A DNA stretch of 64,000 nt from the human T2T-CHM13v2.0 reference genome, Homo sapiens: NCBI RefSeq assembly GCF_009914755.1, contig NC_060925.1. One strand, 5' to 3'. Position numbers and translations under genes: made by a program. The notes beneath the pieces were generated by a model. It saw nothing but the letters and a program-made list of their open reading frames with translations. It did no database searches and was not told the origin of the DNA. Position 1 is the first letter of the stretch. Every line of letters begins with the position of its first letter. Positions 1 to 16,637 of this stretch are shown in pieces.

Positions 1-339
1 CCTTAGGTGAAACATTTGTGTAAAGTTTCTTTAATAAAAAGCATGAGTATGTTGCTACAGATGTGTTAAATTAGCTTTTATATTCATAACACAAGTGTCT
101 GCCACCTGAATGCCTCCAAACATCCAGGCACCTGGAATTCTTTAATAATTAAAGAGGAAGAAAAGCTGAAAACTGCATCCCACATAGTGTTCCTCTTGAT
201 ATCTCCAAGGGTGTTAGAAGGAGAGGGAGCAGGTGGGATGGAGTGGGAGGCTGTATTTCTTCCAGTCACCTTGCCTCATCCTCTTGTGCTCCAGTTTCCT
301 GCTGTGGTTACGTTCTGAGTCTTAGAGGCTGCTTTCTTC

Positions 340-1355
340 TTTACGTTGCACTTACACCAATGACTCCCAGATTTGATCTTCTCCTTGAGCTCTGGAATAA
401 ATTTCCTAAATGCCTTTTCAACACTCAATTTAAATATCTAACAAGCATTTCACACTTAAAGTACCCCAAATTGGACTTGTCTCCCACTCCACACCTGTTT
501 CTGAAATATTCCCCATCTCAGAAAATGATTCTACCATTCACCTTGCTCCTGGGGCTAAAAACCAAGAGTCATCTTTGACTTTCCTTTTTTTTTTCACATA
601 CCCAGTAACCTGTCTGCCCTATTTTCAAAATAAATACTGAATTCAACCATTTTTCACTCCCTCTGATACCATCATAGTGCCTCACCTAGACAACAGCAAT
701 AGCCTCTTATTGTCTGTTGTCTTATTGTCTTACTGTCTATTGTTCCATGCTTGCGTCTACATTCTAATCTCTTCACTGTGATGCTCCAAAACATCAGTCA
801 AATCATGTCACTGTCACATTCTAAACTGTCTCATGGCACCTGCACACACTTAAAATAAAATTCAAACTCTTTCGTGTACATGGTCCACCATGACCTCGCC
901 CTCACCTACCTACCTTCCTGTCTTCACTTCCCATCATGTTCTCCATGATTTCTTCAAGCTCCAGCAACCATGGCTTTCTCGTTCTCCTTTTAACGCAACA
1001 AGCGCCTTCCATCTCAGGACAGTAATGTTAGTACTTGACATTAGTCTACATGGAATGCTCTTTCATCAGTTTTCTATGGTCTGTAATTTAGTTAACAATT
1101 TTTTAACATAATAAGATTAATTTTAATCCACACTATGGGAGTTGGTAGCAATTGGATTTTCCTAAACTAGAATGTACACATGTTCTATATTCTTAGCTCT
1201 TCATTTTTTTTCTTTATAGCATTTATGTTCACTTTAAATTATATTACCTATTGTATTATTTACTTTTCATGCTCTGTCCCCTCATTCCCGTCCACCCTGT
1301 AGATATACGCTTCATGAGGGTAGGATCTCTAGTGCCTGGCAATATATGTTTGAAG
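340..1355 (+). mobile_element. LINE-2 (L2a-like) 3' region, decayed
   Basis: L2-type text (tgactcccagattt..., ttccccatctcagaaaatg..., gagtcatctttgact), ending in cttcatgagggtagg...agtgcctggca. Boundaries approximate. Confidence 0.75.
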
Positions 1356-3625
1356 ATTAAGTAAACACGTGGGACTTGTCATTCAACTTTTTAAAATTTT
1401 ATTTTTCTCATTGGTAAAATACAAAGAATAATAAGATTGAAGTGAGTATATCTTTGAATATTTATATTACCTTTTCTATTTGTCTAGAGAACAATTCAAT
1501 TGTCTTTCATTTGGCCCATCTTGGCTACATCCTGGTGGAGCATTACGATTCATATCAAGTATGCTACTAGAGTGTCTCAATTAATCAAGGACAGCTTTAT
1601 ACTTTTTATAAAAGTTTAGCTATCTATGTATTATATTTATATGGGAATGCCTCTGTATGTATGCATTCATATATGTATGTATTTATATAGTCTATGTAAT
1701 ATCCTATGTAGGTATATTTGTGTACTATTCCTGTAGACACACATCATTTATCCTTGCACAACTAAAGCTAAATGGATATTGTTCCTTCGTATATAACTTA
1801 TTACAAAATGTATCCAGTATGATTGGAAGTGATGATACAGTATTTATCAAACTGTTCTGTTTTGCCTTACAAATAAAGGTAGGTATTGGCTAATATAGTG
1901 CTCATTGTTTCATGTGATGACTCATCACTTTTCATGTGATGCCAAAAACATTGAGCTATGTGATTCAGCATCAGCAAATTTATTAGTGCCTCCTTAGCAT
2001 AGAAATGCTGTTTTTCTCCCCTCAGCCTCCCTCCTATTTATTTTTCCAGTGGAAATAGCAAGATGTAGCCTGAAGAAAGCTGAGTAGGCATAGCAGCACT
2101 TGACCATGTATTTCTGGCTGGAGATGTGGTAAGTCTCACACCACCTTGGTCCCCAGTCCCCACAGCTCAGACGTTGTAACCTAATGGTCATGGGCTAGGT
2201 CTCTTATGACCATGTCTGGAATCACTGAGCTGGCTGGAACAGAGAGGTTATAGAAGCTTGGAGTGTAGGTGTATATCATTGGTGACTTCTCTTCCATCTG
2301 TGGATTGAGTTTTGAAGGCTGATTCCATTTTGGAAGACTGGGTGCCAGAAAAGAAAGAATAAGACTCCTTAAGAACAGCAGAGCCATCAGAAAGGAAGGG
2401 GTTGTTCATGGCAACCCTTAGAAATAACTTATAATTCAGCCTGAAACAGTACCATAAAGATGGCAGCATTGGTGTGCCCATAATAGATTGCTTAGGGCCA
2501 AATCAAAAAAAAAAAAGTTATCTTGCATTATTTTGGCATATTTTCTATACATCTCCAAATATTTACCACATTCAGATACCCCTTCTGAGGGGCTCCTTAC
2601 ACACAGGTCACCAAAAGAATGCACTATCAGTCCATTATTGATTGGGCCCAAAACAAAAGCAACTATAAAGGTTGGTCAGTAGCCTATTAAGTAGGATGAC
2701 ATGAGAGCTTGGGGAACTCATACATTTTCTCTTGGATTATTAATGGCTGCACTCACTGGATTTCTTCACAGTATGAACTCATAGAGTATATCTTGGGAAT
2801 ATGTACATATACAAAGAGTTAGTTTGAAAGCAAAAATTAAGTGATTAAGTAACAACAATGGTAAATTTTAAAAATTTGAGAAAGCAACCACCAGAGTTCC
2901 TATTGATCATTAAGGTTACTGTCAATTCAGAACTCCTGCTGTGTCCTGTTTTCTGTGAGGACCAGTCATTTCTCCTTCTTCTCAAATGACCTTGTAATGA
3001 ACTCCCACTTCCTAGGGTAAGCAGAGGGTATTGCTCATTTTTGCACATTAAATTAGGCCATAAATGACCGTGTACTTAGTGACTAACACACACGGTCTTT
3101 ACCTTTTGCTGTTTATCTTCCAGAGTCCTTGATAACCCAGGGCACTGAATAGTCAAGATCCCTTCCATTTCCAAGCAAATTAAGCATTGTTACCTCCCAC
3201 ACTTACCTAGGACCAAATTACTACAAGGATCCCAAAATACCACAAGCACATCCCAGGGTGGGTATATTGGAATAACAAAAAAAAGTGGAAAATGTACCAC
3301 ACATTTTAACAAGGAATAGATTATCCTGGTCTACGGCATGCATTGCAATCTTGCTAATATGTCATGACTACCTGCTTCAATTATTTTTTTTTTCTAGTAT
3401 TGGTAGAAGCCAATGTTTTTGAGAGTGCTCTTCATCCAGGAGAGAGACAGATCAGAAATCAATCAAAAGATTGATATTTCCTTCCAGGAATGAAAGGCTA
3501 CTTATATTTAATTAGTGGGCCTGAACCTTGGCTAAACCAACCATGTCCTCAGCCAGGGCTCTGAATGCTGGTGAACACTAGCTAGAGACAAAATAGAAGA
3601 TGTTTCTCCTATTTGACAAATTCAT

Positions 3626-4108
3626 TGTGTTATTCAGGGTTCTCCAGAGAAACAGAACAAGTAAGATATATACATACATATATGCACATACATATCCATC
3701 CATATATATTTAGAGAGAGAGAGGCAAAGTGAGACAGAGACAGAGAGACATGGAGAGAGAGAGCAGAGAGACACAGAGAAATGTTAAGGAATTATCTCAC
3801 ACAGTTGTGAGGGTTAGCAAGTTTGAAATGTACAGTTTGGGTCAACAGGCTGGATACTCACGCAAGATTTCTGTTTCAGTCTTGAAGAGAATTCCTTCCT
3901 TGGAAAATACCAGTCTTTGCTCTTAAAGACAACTGATCAGATACAGCCCATCCAGATTTTGGATGGTAATCTGCTTTACTACGGATCTACTGATTTAAAT
4001 GTTAATCACCTCTAAAAAAAATACCTTTACATCAACATCTAGACTGGTGTTTGATCAAACAAATGGGCACCATAGCCTACCCAAGTGACACAAAAATTAA
4101 TTATCACA
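3626..4108 (-). mobile_element. MLT2-family (ERVL) solo LTR
   Basis: TG...CA termini. The reverse complement begins tgtgataattaatttttgtgtcacttgggtaggctatggtgccca; the element ends with cagggttctccagagaaacagaac plus GA/TA-rich tracts, typical of MLT2. Confidence 0.85.
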
Positions 4109-4339
4109 CACATTATTTTTGACTTAGATTGAAGCTTATCTTTTAACTCTTTATGGGTAACAGGGTAAAAGAACAGTCTAAACATAATTGCAGAACAAGT
4201 TTGTATAAAACACACCGTTAAATGGTTTTGGCCTGTTTGTTTCCAGTATACAGACAGTGCTCATAATAAATATTTTTGACTCGCTAAAGCAGAAGCTTTA
4301 CTTTTTGTGTCATTTGGTTGACTGACAATGACACATCTC

Positions 4340-4616
4340 CAGGGCTACCACATGCGGTTGTATGGATTGTGTATTGCATCAAAGTGCCTGATAGAGGGGA
4401 CATTGGGGACTGCAATTCATCCCACACTCCACTTTCCAGGCCATGTGTCCCAGTGTGAAGCTGTGCCCTTCCCAAGGCAAAGGCACCTTTCTGTCTTCTT
4501 TGAGCATGAGTGCCAAGGATTAGCCAAGCCAACCCCGTGCCCATGGAGCTGTGGCCCCCCAGAAGAGGTACCTTCTTCACATTTGCACAAAGATATCCTA
4601 GAAGCTGTTCCTGGGC
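4340..4616 (+). mobile_element. MER91A-like hAT-Tip100 DNA transposon fossil
   Basis: Starts cagggctaccacatgcggttgtatggattgtgtattgcatcaaagtgcc, resembling the MER91A 5' end; ends tttgcacaaag...gggccc. Confidence 0.6.
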
Positions 4617-5062
4617 CCAAGCATCTCTGTATCTTTAAACACATTCTTTAAGACACACATCCCAACAATTCAAAAAGGTTTTTCCTCCTTTTAATTGAAA
4701 GATGAAAACAGAGATTACTGTAGGTTAAATGCATAATTAGCTTTTCATTCTTCCAGTTGCCAGAACCACCTCCTTTTCTTCCTGCTGATACAGGCCTCAT
4801 GGCTCTCTCGGAAATGTTTCCTCCTAGTTAATCCTCCTCTCAAAACAGTGTTGAGTCTAGAGATTGTGCTCTTTCATACCTCACTCTGCCGACAGATAAT
4901 ATAAATGACTCCCTTCCTCTCCTTAGCCTTCTTTTCCCTGACCTGAATCATATCATGATTTCTTCTGTACTGGTTACCCCTCGCTAGCAAAAAAAGAAAA
5001 ATAAAATACTGTTAATTTTTTGTCTTTAGCTTCCAAAAAATACTCTGGCAGCTTTTCCTAAA

Positions 5063-5064
<2 letters not shown>

Positions 5065-5094
<30 letters not shown>
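5065..5094 (+). repeat. Poly-T tract (T30)
   Basis: 30 uninterrupted T with no adjacent Alu or L1 body. Confidence 0.95.
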
Positions 5095-5096
<2 letters not shown>

Positions 5097-5940
5097 GTTT
5101 TCATCAACTATGTAGCAGCTGTACTTTGTATCTTACTTTTCCATTTCTATGTTCACTTTTTTTTTTTTCGTGGACCAAGACTGGTTAAATGCCCTTGGAA
5201 ATCTCCCGATCATTAATTTCGTTAGCCCCAAAATGGAGGTCTCCACCTTGAAGGCATCTGTGGAATGCTTTCCTCTACCTGCTGGAGATAGGTACCACAC
5301 TTCCTGAAACTCCAAGTTAATCATTAGGCCAGGAACAGTCCTGTTCTTTGAGTAAATCACTTCCTTTCACTGGGCAGTGTTTCTTCGTTGCAATTAATGT
5401 TTCAGGAAATTATTTCTCATGACTATGGTTATTTATTATTTCCTATGAGCAAGTCACATATCCTGTGATAAGTTGCGAAATTAGCAATTAGAGAGTAACT
5501 TTCACCAAAATAACAAAGGTCATAACCGTCAGTTTCAGACGGAGCTATTGATTACAAAAGTCATCGGCGAAATTGTGGGCATCCACCCTGATGCTACCTT
5601 GGAAGAACTGCTATTTATTGGTCACCTACACATGATTACAGGGCTGGGGATGACAATAACAGCACTTTAATAACTCTATAGAGATACTCATATATCTTAT
5701 CTCAAACCTCCTCCTCTCTCCAAATTGGATGGTAAAGTGGGCAAGAGAGCATTTGTTGTGGCCAACATGAAAGCAAATATCTGGTCATGGATGCCACAGA
5801 AGGAGGAACAATCCGCTTTCTGTCCCAGTGTATCTCACCTGGCTATTTTGTATATGCTCAATGCCTCTAAAAAGTTTCTGTGTAATTTTTCAATTATTAA
5901 TACTGTACCATCTTCCAGTCACCACGCTTTGTGGTTATTA

Positions 5941-6112
5941 GGTCATTAATCCTTACCAACATCTTTGGGTAGATAAAAGACACCTCATTTTTCTGCTGAG
6001 AAAACAGAGGCTGAAATAAATTAAATAACTTACTTGAAGTTACCCAGGAAGTTAAGAGATTGAACTATTTTTCAACCCTACATGTGTCTAATTCTAAAGT
6101 CCAACCTCTTAA
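5941..6112 (-). mobile_element. MIR SINE
   Basis: Core match cattttt...gagaaaacagaggct...aataacttacttgaagttacccag. Confidence 0.65.
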
Positions 6113-6159
6113 ATTCAAAGGTATAGAGTTCACTTCTTATACTACAAGGTGTTTCTCCG

Positions 6160-6390
6160 TGTGGTGTTATTGGTAAAAGTGCTAAAAGCTAAAAGCTTGG
6201 ATCTGAAGTCACAAGACCTGGTTCTAAGACTGTTCTCTTTCACTTGCCATTTGTGGCAAGTGACCTACCTTCCTCATATATTAAGTGGATATTAATAATA
6301 ATAACTTTATCTTTCTTATCAGAAATCAAATTCAATAACATGGGAAATGTTTGCAAAGCTGCAAAGCACAGTTAAATACTTGGCATTATG
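6160..6390 (+). mobile_element. MIR SINE
   Basis: tctgaagtcacaagacctggttct...tgtggcaagtgacctacct...ataataata. Confidence 0.55.
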
Positions 6391-7121
6391 TGACTTTGTA
6401 AGCATTCTTAAGTCACTTTTTAATGCAAATAGTATGTCTAAAAATGGATAGAAGCTCCTTAAGGGTGGAAATGAGGCCTATCATTTATTGGAGCGCCTTA
6501 CTCTCAGAACTCAACTTGAGCCTGATATAAAAGATCTTCCTGACCCGAATCCACCCATTCATGTCGCATACATATTTTACATGATTAGTGCACTCTCCCG
6601 TCCCTTAGAGAGAGAAGGCAGTAGAGAATTTTAGAGTTTATGACTGCTGGGTGTTGCTGACAGGAATTCTAGAATGTGTAGGGAGGTGTGTATGTGTTGT
6701 TGAGAGGCACGGATTGAAGAAGGTGGGAAGGCCAACTGATGTAGCTTTGACTTATGTCTCTTAAAATAAATACATGACCAGGTTTTCCTTTATCTGTGTT
6801 ATTTTCATCCATCTCTTTCTATTAGTCACTTTACCTGTCCAATGTTCCTGAGATACATAATCATTAGCACAGCAAATGATTGCTTTCTTCTCTGACTTAT
6901 TTGTCTATTCCCCTTCTTATACATTCTACACTGACAATCATCTGTCCCAGTGACTTGCTTATACTGCTCAGTTCAATAAACATCTTTTGAATGAATTCAT
7001 TTCTTGGATTACACAAACATTTCTATGGTCCCTTTTCTGGTTTTGCAGTTAGAAACTAAGGGAAATACTACTAAAAAAAAAAAAGTCTTGGAGTAATAAA
7101 TATTTCTAGTGTCCTAATGTG

Positions 7122-7159
7122 CCTTAAGACCCCCTTTTTCCCTTAAGACCCCCTTTTTC
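7122..7159 (+). repeat. Perfect 19-bp tandem duplication
   Basis: ccttaagaccccctttttc x2. Confidence 0.95.
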
Positions 7160-7342
7160 CCTATTGGAGGAAAATATACTCCCATTCTCTCTCTCCCACC
7201 CCCCACTCCACATACACAAATAATAGTTGTATTATGATTATCCTCATTGTGCAGCTTATCAAAGAATAATAGTAAAGAAGAGTCTTATCAAACAAAGCAC
7301 AAGCTAGGTTTCTCTCTCTCAAGAGTACTATTCTTAGGGTTT

Positions 7343-7818
7343 TATATTATTTCCCAAGGGCTGCCATAACAAATTACTGCAAACTTGATGGCTTCAGACA
7401 ATGGGAATTTATTCTCTCACCATTCAAGGGGATAGAAGTCCAAAATCTGAGTGAGCAGAGCCATGCTTTACCTGAAGGCTCTAAGGGAGAACTTCCTCCA
7501 TGTCTTTCTCTTAGTTTCCGGTATTACCAGCAATCTTTGGCCTTCCTTGGCTTGCAGCTGTGTAAACCAATCCTGTCTCCATCATCATATGGTGATTTCC
7601 ATGTGTCTTCACCTTGTCTTCCCTCTGTATGTGTCTATCTCTGTGTCTTTTCTCCTCTTCTTATAAGGGTGATTATTACATTGAATTAAAGACTCACTCT
7701 TCTCTAATATGCCCTCATCTTAAATTATACCTTCTACAACTCTATTTCAAAATAAGTTCACATTCTCAAATTTGAGGAAGGGCATACATTTTGGGGCAGC
7801 ATAATTCAATCTAGTACA
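7343..7818 (-). mobile_element. MLT1B/C (MaLR) solo LTR
   Basis: gggctgccataacaaattac...atttattctctcac...gaaggctctaagggaga...aattcaatctagtaca. Perfect 5-bp TSD GGTTT at 7338-7342 and 7819-7823. Confidence 0.9.
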
Positions 7819-8079
7819 GGTTTCAAATGAGGCAGCAGCCAGAAATGAACACCTGGAATTTCTTTGTTGCTTTGGGGGTCAGTTTGAAAATAACTAACAT
7901 AACTCTGCAGAAGTGAAAACGGCTTTGGGAGTAGGTCCTGCTAGAAAGAACCGGATGATCAGTAGTGATTTTCTGGCCCTACAGCAGAACTCTTTCTTTA
8001 CTTACACCTACGACTACTTCAGCCAAGAATACAGTGTTGATACATAATAATTGGACTCTTTAATGATGAGTTTTATAAT

Positions 8080-8415
8080 TACATTCACAATTCCTTATCC
8101 TCAGTTCCAGAATCTATACAGAACTGATTTATTTTATTTTATTTTTTTGTCTAAACATGACACCAATTCTTTGGTGTCAAAATCTGACTTGAACTGACAT
8201 AGCTTTCTTTATAATGTAAATGTTTACATGTTTCACTACAAAAGTATTGTTTGATTAGGGGTGCTATCCTGACCCCACTAGGAGTTTTATATACTATATA
8301 AGCTACTATGCTATGTATGCTCTGTATTACTTTTTAAAATTCTACAGAGAATCTTAAATATGAATTCTCAAATACATATGACTTTAAGGATTTTGGATAA
8401 GCAAATACAGGCCTA
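8080..8415 (-). mobile_element. MER46C-like (TcMar-Tigger) DNA transposon fossil
   Basis: cacaattccttatcc...tctgacttgaactgacat...tttgattaggggtgct...ttttggataag...ggcct, with degenerate terminal inverted repeats. Confidence 0.65.
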
Positions 8416-8484
8416 TTTTTTTCAATTTGGGTTACTTAAAACAAGCAGAAAAGCTGTCACTACTAGCTTTGAGTTTTTCTAGTC

Positions 8485-8649
8485 CAGTGGTTCTCAGACA
8501 TGCCTGAACATTGCAATCACCTAGGAAGCTTTTGAAAATCCTAATACCTAGGCTTCATCTCAGACCAAATTAGAATCACTCGGGATGGGACCTAGGCATC
8601 GTAAACTCCGCAGCCAATTCCAATGTCTTCCCAAGTTTAAGAATAACTG
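8485..8649. mobile_element. MER5A-family (hAT-Charlie) MITE
   Basis: TIRs cagtggttctca ... taagaataactg; 8-bp TSD ttctagtc / ttctggtg. Confidence 0.85.
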
Positions 8650-8806
8650 TTCTGGTGCTAACCCAATGCAGTCCTTTCTAGCGGAGCCAACCAGAAGCCC
8701 ACACCAGACACTTCCCATTACCACATCCTGACAGCAACTCACCTACCATGAGGTGTGAGCAGATGCAAATGGTAACTGGCACTGGTCAAAACAAAAAGAG
8801 CCCACA

Positions 8807-9600
<794 letters not shown>

Positions 9601-9737
9601 TATGGGAATAAGTCTCAGCACTGTGCTAAGAATGACCCCAAAGCCCTCTAGATCCACCATGAAAAGCTATTCATGGGTGTCCAAACACTGCAACTAAGGA
9701 TGAATTGAAGGGGGAAGCTAGCATGGAAAAGGGAAAT

Positions 9738-9968
9738 AGTAGTAGCTAACATTTATTGAGCTTAATACCATCCAGGCACACTTTACCTACGCTAGTTAGT
9801 TTAATCCCAAACAACCCTTTGAGGCAAATACTATTTTAATCTCCAATTTAGAAAAGAGGAAGCTGAGGCTCCCATAGATCACATAACTTGCCCAATATTG
9901 CTCCAACAATGGGAAACTGAGCCAGAATTTGAATCCACTTGTACTGGACCCTAAAGCCCCTGCTCCCA
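9738..9968 (-). mobile_element. MIR SINE
   Basis: tagctaacatttattgagc...gaggaagctgaggct...ataacttgcccaa...agccagaatttgaatcca. Confidence 0.8.
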
Positions 9969-10184
9969 ATGGCAGCTTGAGAGAAAAGCTCTTGGTAAGT
10001 CCAGAGATCTCACCAAGGCATCTTTCTTTAGGAATCAGAGGCGCAATTCAGCCCGCCGTGCAGCAAGAGTGGGAATCACAGCTCTGATGTGACAAGCACA
10101 GGGGTTTGGCATCCAGCTCTCACAGCTGCCAAAAAGAATTAAACAAAGTCAATGAAAGCAAAGGAAAGGCAACAACAAAAATGC

Positions 10185-10202
10185 CAGCAGCAGCAGCAGC
10201 AG
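10185..10202 (+). repeat. (CAG)6 microsatellite
   Basis: Six CAG units followed by (GAGG)n. Confidence 0.9.
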
Positions 10203-10441
10203 GAGGGAGGGAGGGCCCAATTACTACTGGTTGAAGTGTGAAGAAAATTAAAGTTGGTGATGGTTCAAGGTTATGTTGAAATTCCAAGGCAGTGGGCTTG
10301 CATAACCATGAAACATGGAAATTAAAGCATTACTGATGTTCACACTGTTTATTTCAGGTCTTCACTCTGTCTCATTTTGTCTCAACAAGTCTCAGTTCAA
10401 TCATGTGCTAACCAGCAAAGAGAAAGTAAAAAAGATGGAGA

Positions 10442-10478
10442 TCTCTCTCTCTCTCTTTCTCTCTGCGTGTGTGTGTGT
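10442..10478 (+). repeat. (TC)n-(TG)n compound microsatellite
   Basis: tctctctctctctctttctctctgcgtgtgtgtgtgt. Confidence 0.9.
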
Positions 10479-10660
10479 ACATTAAAAGTGTAAATAAATT
10501 AGAAATAGGAAAAACTACAAAAAGTATAATATAATATTTTTGCTTCTGGTCATGCCCATTTATATTAAGTGAAGTGAAATAAATTGTGACTATAATTAAG
10601 CCACCACAACTCTAAAACATTTTTCACCAAAAGCTTTCTGAAACCCCCTACCTCCTTGGC

Positions 10661-10873
10661 AATAACCATCACTAGATTTTTGAGCATTTCCTATGTCCCA
10701 GACACAGTTACAGTCAAGCCCTATCATAGTTTTATAAAATAAATATGACTATCTCCATTTTGGAGAGGTAGAAACTGAGCTTCCACGAGTGGAATAATTG
10801 TTCCCAGCTAACAAAGCTACTCAGCGGAAGGGACAAGATTTGAGCTGCTGTTTGTCAGACTTGAAAGTTCCCA
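10661..10873 (-). mobile_element. MIR SINE
   Basis: ttgagcatttcctatgtcccagacac...atctccatttt...gaaactgag...gatttgagct. Confidence 0.7.
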
Positions 10874-11701
10874 CATTACTTTTCCCCTCTGTATTTGACC
10901 CCTCTAGCTGATGATGTCCACCTTGCCCTGCTCAATGTCTTTCCTCCCACTTAGTGCTTGTTACTACTCTGTAGATGTAGTTTCAATGTATTGAGGACTA
11001 GCTGCATAGATTTATTTGTCTCAGATGAAAGATTTTTAAAGAATCAAATCACAAAATGCAACCCGGGCTTAATCTCACACACATTTGATTTCAATGCCTT
11101 CTCCAGTGGGATTGCACTTACAGCAAACAATGGTTTTTCCTGCAGCCTTTTCAGAGCAGAGTGATTGCACAAACTCTCCGCTAAGGCTCCTGTTCAATCT
11201 GCAAAACACAGGACTCATTTGCTAACTATAGCAAATAGCAAATACAACTATAGCAAATATGGCTGGATTTACCAACTATAGTTTAAAGACAAAATTTTTT
11301 GTATCTGTGTATTAAAATTTGATTTTATTCTATTTACTCAAAACAACAGGGAAAAATGATTGCTGCACATCCTTCCCTTCTTCATCGCCGAACTTGAGTA
11401 AGTCCCTGGAAGTATGCAAACACAGAGTAGATATTTTTTATGCCTCATTCTTTCAGAATGTAGATACAAGAGTAGAAGTTCAAACTCAGCCAAATTGCCC
11501 TTAAGTAATACGTTTTTTTTTTTTAATGATCAGACATTTTGTAGAGACTTACAAAAGTAAAAATAGTAAGAAGGCAACTGGAAAGCAATATAAAAATTTC
11601 AGAGTCCAATCCAAATAAAATATTTTTATAAAAAAGTTGGTTTGACCTATTATGATACTTTCTGACCAACTGACAAAAAATGATAATAGAAAAGAGCTCT
11701 T

Positions 11702-12030
11702 TGTAAGCGGCAGTGCTAAATGTTCACCAAATCCTGTTTCATAGTCCTCACTCCTAGAAATATTTTTTAAAAAGCTACATTTTTCAATCTTTTGAAGGTA
11801 AGTGAAGTCAAATGATCAGTTCTAGCCAATAAACTGTGAATAGGAGTGATGAGTCACTTCCAGAATGAGACTATGACAAGGAAATTCAATTTTTTTCCCT
11901 ACCTCAGTGATCCAGGGGGTCTCTTATTGAGATGGTAGGGACATAAAATATGCTGCATTGTTGAGTCATGGAAAAAGTCATCCTGGAGAGTCACCTAAAC
12001 CTACAGCAGGTTTTGTGTTAGTGAGGAATA
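11702..12030 (+). mobile_element. Old MLT1 (I/J-like) LTR, 5' part
   Basis: agctacatttt...agttctagccaataaactgtgaataggagtgatgagtcacttccag; resumes at 15128 after the L1. Confidence 0.7.
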
Positions 12031-15127
<3,097 letters not shown>

Positions 15128-15210
15128 TGAGGAATAAGCTTTATGTGGTTAGCCACTGGTATTTGGAAGTGATTTGTTACTACAGCATGATTTAGCCTAT
15201 CTTGATTAAC
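15128..15210 (+). mobile_element. Old MLT1 LTR, 3' remainder
   Basis: aataagctttatgtggttagccactggtatttgg...tttgttactacagcat...cctatcttgattaaca. Confidence 0.7.
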
Positions 15211-15954
15211 ATTAGTTACCAAATGAAGCATTTGTTTTGATTTTAAAATAGTTTGTTTTAGAAGCAGAGCCTCTTGAGCTTTTCTGACGGTGTATAAAAA
15301 TATAATGCTATTTTTGTTGACTTTCATAAATTTTCTGTAGGGCATTGATCTTGAAAAAAATAAATTTTGTCAGTTATGATACTTTTTAGAAAAGCAACCC
15401 TTGCAAAGTGTGAAAAATTATATAATTGATCACTGGTTTTCCTAATATTAGTACCATACCCTCCTGCCTATGAAGATCCCCTTGAGACATCCTAAAGAAA
15501 ATTTTTCCTCACAATTTAAATTATTCTAGACATTTTATATTTCCCCATACTGTGCTTTTAAGACTTAAACATTGTATCCAAAGTGGTTAATTCTTTGTAT
15601 ATGAGTTTTATGTTATTATAGACTATTGTCTGCCTTTTCTCCCCTGTGTTTTTATAGTCCATGTGTATTTACTCCCTCCAGTTGCAGGAGTCTGGATTGA
15701 GAGAGCTAATTTTATTTCATATCATACAATAGAATTAGAATAACAATGAAATTGATTTTGCTTTGAATTTTATTTAATTAACATTCACTGAGAAATCATT
15801 GAACCTCTACTATTTACAAACCCATCATATTGTTTCTATCTTTGATAAGCAAGAGTAGGGTTACCTGAGGCTCAAATATTCCAAACTATTAATAGAGAAA
15901 ACACACATAGAGTTTAGAAAATTATATAAAATTGTCCAACTATTCAGATTGGGA

Positions 15955-16073
15955 TTATATACTTCCCAATAGGAGAACATATACAAAATTCTTACAACAA
16001 AAGAAGAATTCTTATAACAAAAAAGTTTTGATATAAGAATTTTGTGTAAGTTCTCCAATTGGGAAGTATATAA
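15955..16073. repeat. Inverted repeat, 48-bp arms, 23-bp spacer
   Basis: 15955-16002 matches the reverse complement of 16026-16073 at 43/48 positions. Confidence 0.92.
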
Positions 16074-16601
16074 CAAAATTCTTATAGCAAAATTATAACA
16101 AATATATAACAAAGTAGAACAAAATTCTCAAGACAATTTGGGGATTTGGGTAACTGATCAGATTCTTTTATGTATTCAGAGCCTCAGTCCTCCCTCCTCA
16201 AAGGCCTTCTCGTCATTTAAGGTACAGAGAAGCTTTGTTCCCATTTATCTCCTATCTTTTCCTCTATTCTTTCACCTACTTTAGCTCCTTTTTTGTTTCT
16301 CACCCCTGGGTCCCCATGTTCTTCTCTGCGTGGTTATCAGTTCTGCCCCCCATGGCTCCTTACTGCGATGGCCCAGGTTATGATAGGTTCTTTTTTGGTG
16401 AAGAAGAGTAGATGGGAAAAGTAAGCTATTCTACTCTTAGCATGTGGGATAAATGAGAAAACGTTCACACTATGTGGATTAATTATTAGATAGGCATTAT
16501 GCAAAACAGTCTGCATCCTTCTCATATCCTCCCTTTGGTATGTGTTTGAACCTGAGAGAAGAAAGGAGAGGGAAGAAAACCCAAAAAAACATTGTGACAC
16601 A

Positions 16602-16637
16602 TATTGCCATAGGTACAGTATTGCCATAGGTACAGTA
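16602..16637 (+). repeat. Perfect 17-bp tandem duplication
   Basis: tattgccataggtacag x2 (+ta). Confidence 0.95.

Noticed and set aside
10185-10202. (CAG)6 as a polyglutamine exon
   Set aside because: No supporting ORF or splice sites; short tract.
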